Position numbers and translations under genes: made by a program. The notes under the pieces are model-generated. The model had not been told where the DNA came from and searched no databases. It worked only from the letters and a program-made list of their open reading frames with translations. A stretch of 60,359 nucleotides of DNA, the filler included, from Hausera hauseri (lineage: Eukaryota), in assembly GCA_046269625.1 (NCBI GenBank). It is 11 parts of 11 records of this genome, joined end to end, with 100 filler letters (N's around TTAATTAATTAA, not from the genome) between each part and the next. Parts side by side here need not be neighbours in the genome. Positions count along the whole stretch, not along the records: positions 23,670 to 30,106 come from JBJURY010101210.1; positions 30,207 to 35,053 come from JBJURY010415366.1; 9 more parts are not named here. One strand, written 5' to 3'. Shown piece after piece: positions 25,428-35,153 of this stretch; within the stretch, counting starts at the first letter, position 1, and the number at the start of each line of letters is the position of its first letter.

Positions 25428-25560
25428 GGAGGTCGGTCATCCTGCAATTTGTGGTCCGCGCGCTGGGGCGGGGGTCTCGGCTGTCAACCCTGCGCCAGTC
25501 GGTCAGGCGGCGCCTTTCGAGTCAGAACGACAACACGCCCCCAGGCACACTATTTCGTCC

Positions 25561-25773
25561 CTCTCTATTTTCCTTTTCCTAAATAACAAACACATATATA
25601 CACTCATTACATCACATTTACATATTGCAACCCTTTGTACCTTCATTTCTTTCTTACTCAACTCTTTCGATTTTTATCTTACATATAACGGTTCTATAAT
25701 ACCTTTCACCGGAACCCTACCATCTTTCTCAACCCACACTTGTCTCCACATACATTTCCGTGCCCGTGGTGGT
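25561..25773 (+). other. Putative ubiquitin-like domain fused in frame N-terminal to Gag
   Basis: Manual translation in the Gag frame gives LSIFLFLNNKHIYTLITSHLHIATLCTFISFLLNSFDFYLTYNGSIIPFTGTLPSFSTHTCLHIHFRARGG|M. About 70 aa, with a ubiquitin-like C-terminus, and homologous in the other three copies. Fold assignment is inference. Confidence 0.62.
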
Positions 25774-26849
25774 ATGAATTCTTCGCCAACCATAGACACC
25801 ACGGATAAAACTACCACGAAATCAAAACATGCTACATTGCCTCAAAAACCCACTCCTAACCCTGCTAGCAACCTCCCATCCATTACCACTTCCTCTCCTT
25901 TCCCTAACTGCACCGAATTCTTTATTGACAACCAAAGCTCCAACAAAAATTGGTTGCAATTTCATCAACTATAGCTACAAGCAAATAACGTTACTAACTC
26001 TTTAACTAAAGCACGCAATCTTCTCATCTTACTCCCTAATAACATCAAAACACGGATTCACAATATCATTGAAATCTTTGAACTTCCTGACCCATATCCA
26101 CATCTCTTCAACGTCGTTCTTAAGATCACAAAACTCTCCATGGACACGATCATACAACGTTTCTTTCACGACAATGCTATAGGTACCCAACGACCATCAG
26201 AATTTCTACGCATCTCCTTGGCACATCTAAATACCCTCGGCGTCACTAAAGAACACAATCCAAACCTACTGCGCCACTATTTTCTCAATGCACTACCTAT
26301 CCAAATCCGGCCCATACTTACCGTGGTGGAAGACTCCACGCCTCTTGAGAAATTGGCCGAATAAGCCGATAGGACACACAACGTCCTACACGTAAATTCT
26401 CCACCAGTTGTTTTAGCAGCAGTTGCCGCTAATAATATTCAAACCAATAACACATCTATAGAACAACAGCTCAGTCAGACACGTGCTGAAAATATAGCAC
26501 TACACGCAACAATCAACAAAATTAATAATAAACTAAGCGAACTCACTCTTTTATGCCGGAGGGATTTTGTCGCTGACCGCGCCCGTTCTGCGTCTAGAAA
26601 CCACTCACCATCGCCTGCGCGTTCGTCGATCCGCTATTATCATGGCAGATTTAACACTAATGCTCAGAAATGCTGCCTAAGGTGCAAATTTTATAACAAG
26701 AATTTTTCCTCGGACACCGTTGTTTGCATCTACCATGCATGGTTCAAAAATCAGGTTCGTAGATGCATTCCAGGCTGCACACTCAGATAAAATACAAACG
26801 ACAAACGTACTGCCTTTTCTTCTAATAGTCCTCCTAATTCACCCTTCCA

Positions 26850-26891
26850 AAAAAACTAAGTTCGCGGCCAGAAGTCACGGCAACCTCTGGC
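26850..26891 (+). promoter_or_regulatory. -1 ribosomal frameshift signal between gag and pol
   Basis: Gag frame ends CAA AAA AAC TAA (A-AAA-AAC). The -1 frame is open to FLIDTGA. Downstream stem GCCAGA/TCTGGC. Confidence 0.8.
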
Positions 26892-29800
26892 AAAGGCACT
26901 ACTTTACTTTCTGAACGCCGACACGTCTCTTTTGCTTTCTTTACTCTAAAGGCTTCAATCACTGCTCCTGCAACACAATCTGTTGATTTTCTAATCGATA
27001 CAGGTGCAACAATTTCTTTATTACGGCAAACCTTTCCTGTACTAAATTCTCCATTCAAAATTAAGCCTTTATACATTGCTTCAGTACAACCGCTGCAAAT
27101 TTCTGGCATGGCTAAATTATCTTTCTCCTTACCAAATTTTCCTTCACCTTTCCACTGGACGTTCACAGTCGCTAACGTCCAGACGGCAATTCTAGGATCC
27201 GACTTTCTATCACACTATAATTTATTGGTTGACTACAGTCAGCGAACGGCACTACTGGCGACATTTTGGACATGTCAATAGCATTTTGACTATCGCGCGG
27301 TCGACCGGAACTCGGAGGTCAATCTTGGAAAAATCAATGAATAATTCGAATTTCCATAATAATAACTCAATTCGTAAATTTTTAAATAATAATACTGATG
27401 TTCGATTGAGATTCGATGTCGATAATTGTGGTACTATCACCAACGTTAATTCATTTGACGAAATCACTTCATCCAACACCATTTTCAATTCGACAATCTT
27501 ACACCAAATACCACTTTATGGCACATCACCTAACAACTCACACATCGCATCCGTTACTACTCAAGCCGTTTCACCACTTCCACCAAATCTCTCACAGCAA
27601 CCTACAACTTTACAGCAATTTGTCAACACATCATATCCACGCGTACTTAAAAAAGTCCGTACCTTTACTTCCTCAAACAGTACTTTACACCATGTAGTTG
27701 CACAGCATCAACGACCAATACGCCAAAAGGTACGACCTCTGTCGCCTTGTCGTAGGCAGGCCGTAGAAGCCGCATTTCTTGAAGTAAAACGTTCCGGCAT
27801 AGTGCGCCGTTCCAAATCTCCATGGTCATCACCTTTACATGTTGTACAAAAAAGGACGGTACTTTTACACCATGCGGTGACTACCGACAGCTGAGCAACT
27901 TGACAATCATAAATGCGTATCCTTTACAACTCATCAAGGATATCTTGCATCGTCTCAATTCAACCACCATCTATTCGACCATTGATTCAGCTAAAGCACA
28001 CCACCAAATACCGGTGGCACCCGAAGACATAGAAAAAACTGCCGTCACTACTCCTTTCGATCTCAATGAATAGCTGTTTATGCCATTCGGTTTGCGGAAT
28101 GCCGCACAAACTTTTCAGCAGCACAATGATTCAATTCTTTCAGATTTCCTGTTTGCACACCCTTATATCGATGATATTCTAGTCGTTTCATCTTCGACCA
28201 AGCAACACGAAGAACATCGCGCAATATTTCAACGTCTTAACCATCATAATCACTAAGTCAATTTCGACAAATGCCATTTCTTCAAAAAGCGCATTAACTT
28301 TTTAGGCAACGTTATTTCACTAGACGGTCATTCTCCCCAACCAGACAGAGTCGAAGCTCTTAAAAACATCTAGTTGCCACATACAACCACCGAAATGCGC
28401 AGTTTTCTTTCACACTACACTCTGTACATAAATATATACCATATTGCTCCGAATTGACAGCACCATCCGCACACCTAAGAGGCGACAAAAAACATCAGTC
28501 AATAGAGTGGACACCCGAATTGGTTGACAAATTCGATAAGCTACGCGAAGGAATTAAGACCGTCAATATTCTTGATTTCCCCAAGCCTGACGCAGAACTC
28601 ATGCTTACTACAGACGAGTCAACCACCGCAGTAGATTCTGTACTCTACCAGATCTACAAGGGAGAAAATCAACCGCTAGAATTTTTCTCTCGCAAGCTAA
28701 CAGCCACTGAAACCAGCGTTCGATCGAGAACTATTGGCCATCGTTCTCGATTTAAAATATTTCTCCCACTTACTCGTCGCTCGTGATACAAATTTTTTGT
28801 AAACATTTTATTTTGAATGGAATTATCTAAAGGTTGGTTCAATGGTGGTTCGGTAAACTCTTATGTTTACCTGCACCTTCACCAATTTCTGAATTACAAA
28901 TTTTTATTAAACAAACATAAGGTACAAAGAATGAAGCGGCGTATATACATTTATTTATTTATTTTAATTACAAATTTTATTCAAAAAGTAAACAGAAAAT
29001 TAATAATTTTTACTTACACATGGGATTTTCATGACCGTTCGGAGTGTCCTGTTGTTGGGCATGCATGTAGAGGTAATCCTGTTCATCTGGATAATTGATT
29101 TTGCTCATAGAAATATTTTTGATTCACGAGAATATTCGGCAATAAGTGAGAATATTCCAAGTATTCGATTTTTATGATTACAATAATTGGATAGGTGGTT
29201 CGTCCATGAAGCAGAATCAAACACCGCATCGATTAATAAGAGATGAAATTTCTCTCCTCGAACTATTTGAACTCGTCGGAGTTAATGATCAATTATGAAT
29301 GTGAATAATTAAGGTTGCGAGAATTTTTTATTATTGAGAAGGAAGAATGTATCATCTGCTGAATCTGTACACGAAGTATGTGCCCGAATGTATACTTAAA
29401 ATATTTTGATTCAAATTTCGTCAGTAGAATTATGGTTGAAATTATGGTTATGATTGTCAGATGACAGTAGTATATATACCCTTTTATTATCTCGGATTTT
29501 GGAGATTGGTTCTCGCGATAAAAATTTCAATTCGGGTCGCACGTGTAGATCCGGATTTCCAAACTTGATTATCTAAATTTGCTGTCAATTGAAAAACTGG
29601 TCCTTCTTCGTCGACTCAAAGTTTTAGATTAGTTTGACAAATTATCCTTCATGGTTTTCTTTACGAGTCCGAAATTTAGGTTTGGATTTTCCAAAACCTT
29701 ATCTCAATTGATTCGCGGGCTTTCTGTGCGCAACAAAATTTCCAAAACCTTATTATGAACGATTAAGTCAAACCGATCGGCAACTCTGGAAGACTCGGCC

Positions 29801-30206
29801 TTTCGAGTTTATACTTGTTAATTAACGAAATGCAATCGTTAATTAACGTTAAACTTTTCTTTTTGCCAATCATATAACAATTCTATCTGTTCTACAACAA
29901 TTTCTAATTATTTTACCATAAACCGACACTTATTCATTATGTGCCACATCACACAAACATTAGCATATTTCTAATTCACTCAAATATTAGTTATTTAATT
30001 ATGATGTGATTAATTGGTTACTTTGCCGCCTTGGTTAACAAATATGTACACTTACAGAAATGGTGGAGATACCCATCAGGGGGTTTAACAAAGTCAAAAA
30101 CAAGAANNNNNNNNNNNNNNNNNNNNNNNNNNNNNNNNNNNNNNNNNNNNTTAATTAATTAANNNNNNNNNNNNNNNNNNNNNNNNNNNNNNNNNNNNNN
30201 NNNNNN

Positions 30207-30575
30207 GCCTTCGTAGCAGCATCAGTATCAGTTGGTGCAGCATATTTTAAAATTACATCACTTGGGTTTCTTGTTAATTTTATATTGACATTAACACCTG
30301 GAATCAAATACTTCGGTTGATTAAAAAAATCGAAATTTAACGGACCACATAGAGAAATAATACTGGATTTCTCAGCCCATTTCTTCCGATCTGCTTCTTT
30401 TCCCCATCCAATACATTGTAAAAATGTTGACTCTGTATCAGCACTGAAATTCAAACAATTTTCAATTAGAGTTTTTACAGTATATTTATCATTTGAGTCT
30501 TCAACCTTTATATTATTGAATGATAACACGGCCTCTGAATAATGTAAAAAGCAAGTAATTACTCGGTGTTAAATC
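30207..30575 (-). pseudogene. Maverick/Polinton (adintovirus-like) major capsid protein fragment
   Basis: TPSNYLLFTLF / AVLSFNN..V....DKY.VKTLIENCLNF...LQCIGW...LCGPLNFDFFNQPKYLIPGVNVNIKLTRN follows the double-jelly-roll MCP motif pattern. Cut by the contig end. Confidence 0.8.
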
Positions 30576-31949
30576 TCTATCGTTTGTTATGTCACTTTTT
30601 ACGATGGAATACAAACCGTGCTGCCTTCGATTAGATGTTGAAGACAGTGGTAAAGTCGTATTTATCGACACAAATAACATTTTAATGAAACCAATGACAA
30701 AACAGCTGATGAGCAATTTATTGATAACATAATAACGTATAAATGTACCTGTTATTGTAGATGAAATAGAACAATTTGAATACAATTTTGCTGATGAAGA
30801 ATGTCATGACAAAATCTCTGATAAGCGTATAATTTTATGTTCCATATACTCTATTTCATCCTTTTAATAGGATTGTCAAAGTTTGGAAGAGTGTAAAACA
30901 ACAAATAATGATTTTGTAAGTTCGCATGGAAGCAAAAGAACGTTTAAGGATTATGTTGATCAACCAGCAATGATCTACCAGTCTAATGCCTATGCTACTG
31001 AAATTGGCACTGATAAAAAGGACTGCGATATTACCAATCTTAAACAATTAACTGATACAATTGAAAGTGGTATATTTCACAATTCAAGTATTATACCTGA
31101 AGCCAAATTACCAACAACTCTTCGAGAACATTGAATTATTCACTCGATGTATGATCATTTGATATCTTAATGAATGTTGATGCGAAAGACATGCAACGAA
31201 GAAAAAATCTAACTTTATTAAAAGACTTGCATGTTTAGTGTATTTAAACTGTTATATGTAGTAGTTGTATAGAACTTGTGCTTTTACTTCTATAGCAATA
31301 AAAACAGCAAGTCACTGAATACAAGATTTATTATATTACGACTATCATTGTCCATATTAAGTAAAATCATTAATTGCATTGTTCAATTCCTTCTGACTGT
31401 TTTGCAATTCTTCCACTATTTTGATTATTTTACCGATCATTGGATTGACATTAATCAATGTTTCGTATCATTTCCAACAATATCTATGGTGCCACACAAG
31501 ATCGTCATTTGTAGGGAACAAATTTTTCACTTCATTCAAGGCTCAGCGAATTTATTTGAACTGTAACAACACTGAAGCAGCAATCACTTGCATTTTGAAA
31601 TAAGACTGTTTTTGAGTCATTTGTCTGAGACATTTTACATTCATCTGATTTTAAAAACTATATTTATACCCGACCACCAAAATTAAAACAAAAAATCTTG
31701 GCGCGAAATTGAAATTTTTTAAACCACTTCGAATCCATACAATACATGTGCTTGTGTGTATCAATAAACTGCTTGCGTCTCCTATCTCAGCTCTTAATCG
31801 TATCATTTTTTCTACCCCATGACTCATTCGTGGACCTCATCATTTTTCTTCCGCGGGAAAGGGTTTGATTTCGTGTCCTCACTTCCTTCTACTGAAGTAG
31901 TATTCGTATACCACCACTCAATGGTACCTTATCACGAGCCATTTATTTA

Positions 31950-32320
31950 AATTTAATTCGATATTAATTTCGGCCCATTATCGATCATGTTCAGTTAAAT
32001 GAATTTAATAATGAGAAAAAAGCCATTTAAATGCAAATTTTGCACACATGAATTATTTTATTTAGATTTGTTTGCATATTTAATGAAGTATTATATAAAC
32101 CATAATTTTACGTTCGGATGACGTTGAAACGACGTTTTAATATTTTAAATTCTTAGATTGTTACTTTGTTCTTATCTGACATGAACAATAATGATCGATA
32201 ATACTATTTTGACTTACATGGGAATGTTCCTTGACACGTTCACAGAAATGACGATCTCTCTCTCCTATGTAGGATGCATTGCAGCCGTTACAATTAAATT
32301 GATAAACCGTTTGACACAAA
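31950..32320 (-). mobile_element. 5'-truncated Penelope-like retroelement (GIY-YIG endonuclease end)
   Basis: Manual translation gives VYQFNCNGCNASYIGERDRHFCERVKEH...FKILKR...SLNMQ, the PLE GIY-YIG pattern. It abuts the truncated PolB. Confidence 0.8.
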
Positions 32321-34466
32321 TGCCTCTAATCCATCCTGCAACTTAACCTCTTTTCTGAACCGTTCAAAGACCGCTTAAGAAGTACATGTCAAGCTTCATA
32401 TATACCAACATATAATCTAACAGACAGGTGCAACTGTATTTTGACCAAGCCGTTAGCGCTTCCTCATAATCACTGTCACTAACCCCATCCCATTTCGGTG
32501 GTAATTCAGTAATCGAGTGCCAATCACTAAATGTTTTAGCTGCAGTATCGAAAAATTCCTTTGCCCTTAATTATGTCAGATGGAAAAGCTGTTTCTGAAA
32601 ATGGGTAGTTATCTAAGTTGCATGCAAAAGTCTTAAGTAAAGCCGGTAAAAATTGCAACGAGTCTAGAGATCGAATAGAAACTGACTTTTTAAATGAAAA
32701 CTGTATATTTGCTCGCATGGTTAAAAATTTCACTGTCGTTTGTGGAATCACACCCAAGTCCCAACTTCCGAATTTACTCAATGCGTGTTTTAAGATATGA
32801 TGAAGATCATAACCACGCAAATTTTGAAGCATAATATGTAAATTGTATCTGATCTGTCGTGCTAAGTTACACCGATTGCATGCTGCGCCTAAGTATTTAC
32901 ATGTAACATGGCAGTGATCCCTAACAAATTGTGAACCGTTTTCATGGCAAAGATAACATGATGTAACATTTTAAACCGATACCATTCAGCAGACTTCAAT
33001 AGGATCATTGGCTTTTTGGCCTTTTCATACCATGCGAAAATAAGATTCTTAATAATTTCCTCTAAACAAGCCAAAAACTCAACTATACAATTTTCACCTA
33101 CAAATTGCCGATATTCAATACCTGTTAGTAAAGCTAACAAGAGACTGGCTGCAGCAGGCAAATGAATATGCTTGACTTTATCGTTAGAACACAAAACAAA
33201 TTCGAAGTCAGCATATACGACAAAAGGAGGAGTTATAGATTTTGCAGTCCTTAAACTCACAAAACTTATTGTCAGGTATTTTGAACAAAGTCGAGCATTT
33301 AGAATTAGACATACACTGGCAAATGCTTAAAATAAGCATTGTCGTATATAAATCCGTGTAAGCATTTTTCACACCAATGTTTACATTGAATTCAAAGTTT
33401 TTTACTGTCCATATTCAACAGACGCTTGAAATTGGGAATAGTAACACAGTGAAAGTCGTTGTCATTTTCTAAAATCAGTAAATTAACGACAGTACCATTC
33501 GGATTTTTGTACGATACAAAATGTCAATGAATGGATTTTTTACAATATCCACATCATCCTCTTCATTAAACAGAAATACATTAATTGAAAGCTATGGATT
33601 CTGTCTTTCAAATTTGCCTGTATTGCATATTTTCATCGGCATATCATGCAAGGAATATTTCAGCTCGCTTAAATAAGGAATGTAATTGCATACTCTATAT
33701 CTACCATGTATATCAATTAGAATATTTGAGCACTGCCAGGACTGAATACAAGAAACAGTGTCCTCGTTTTGTACGTTAATAACGGCCATAGCATTTTTCA
33801 GTGTCAGGTGTTGGAATATGACTTACCAGACAAATAAAATAGTTGGGTTGTTTTAACTATATGAAAGCAATTTCAGAATCTTAACTATTTTCCAATCAAT
33901 ACCCATTTCTGCAAGTTCTCCATTTTCTGCAAACTATCGGCTAGATTGTGGCAAAGATTGCTCAAGGAACGGCTCAATGAGAAATATAAGCTTCCTTAAA
34001 ATCACCCTCAGCATTCTCAAAAAAATTTTCAAGACCGTAATAAACCTTACAGGAAGAAAATCTCGAAGCATACAAGTCCAAAGTAGTCAAAATTTCCTCA
34101 GGTGGTCGAGTAGAAATAAGGTCGGACGCCACATCAAAACAAAGATTAGTATAATTATTGTGAACAACACATTGTACATCGAGTCTTATCTTTTGTCCAG
34201 TCTTTTTGATCATCGATGGATCATGAAGTTTTTGTTTCTTGACAGTCTTATCTGGATTTGCTTTGATTGAACGCTTAGCTGGTTGCCGTTGTTGAAGGGA
34301 TGATGTTGGCTATTGTTGGTCTGGTACGAATTGTTTGGCCATGTTTATCATCTGCGTTATCAAACGATAATTTTTTTCCGTTTTTGAAGTATAAAATGAT
34401 GTTGATGTCGTTGTCGAAAATCATGGAATTGTAGGCTGACATTGTTTCTTCACATGTTTCTGGCAA
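32321..34466 (-). pseudogene. polB: Maverick/Polinton protein-primed DNA polymerase B, N-terminal and exonuclease part, decayed
   Basis: AVINVQNED, PPFVVYADFE, DHCH.T..YLGAACNRC, NLRGYDLHHI, LDSLQFLPA, KGIF.Y and VFERFR. The polymerase half is missing. Confidence 0.88.
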
Positions 34467-34704
34467 ATGAACACCACCAATACAATAATTGAAACTGCAA
34501 ACCTAAAATGTGTTACTAAATTAAAGACAATAATGAATATAAATATACCATTTTAGCAAGTTAAATCGTGTTCGAAAAAAGTAATTTCAACATTATAGTA
34601 ATAACCATCCAATCAAATTTCGACCAATCAATTGAAAGATATAAATAGATTAAAATAACCTATCTAAGTGTTGTAATGGAATACCTTGTGATACAACAAA
34701 CTTC

Positions 34705-35015
34705 AAACAACAACTGAAAACAAAAAACTTTATTAAATTGAAATATGTTAAACAAAACAAGAACACAACTATATAACATTTACAAATTATTATCTAAAGT
34801 ATTAATGAAGTATTATATTGCAGACATTTATTATACAGCAACAACTGAAAACAAACAACTTATATTAAACTGCAATGTGATAAACGAAACAACAGCACAT
34901 AAATATCTATTAACATTTACAAATTGTTATCTAAAGTATTATTGAAGTATTATTTATTACTTATATTGTAAAAGCAAATGTAACGTGACACAAAGACATT
35001 TATTATACAGCAACA
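34705..35015. repeat. Imperfect AT-rich tandem duplication (~130-bp period)
   Basis: CAACTGAAAACAAA...ACATTTACAAATT.TTATCTAAAGTATTA.TGAAGTATTAT at ~34711 and ~34842, plus a partial third copy. Confidence 0.7.
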
Positions 35016-35153
35016 ATAAAAGCAGCAACAGATTAAATATATTCCTCGACATCNNNNNNNNNNNNNNNNNNNNNNNNNNNNNNNNNNNNNNNNNNNNTTA
35101 ATTAATTAANNNNNNNNNNNNNNNNNNNNNNNNNNNNNNNNNNNNNNNNNNNN

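Larger units (their letters stand above)
25428..28786 (+). mobile_element. Ty3/Gypsy retrotransposon copy 3 (same family), 3'-truncated in RNase H
   Basis: GC-rich leader, Ubl-like segment ending HFRARGG (25773), gag 25774-26859 with internal stops, slippery site, PR FLIDTGA (~26988-27009), RT (PCGDYRQL, MPFGLRNA, YIDDIL) and RH (LTTDES, PLEFFSRKL). Confidence 0.95.
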
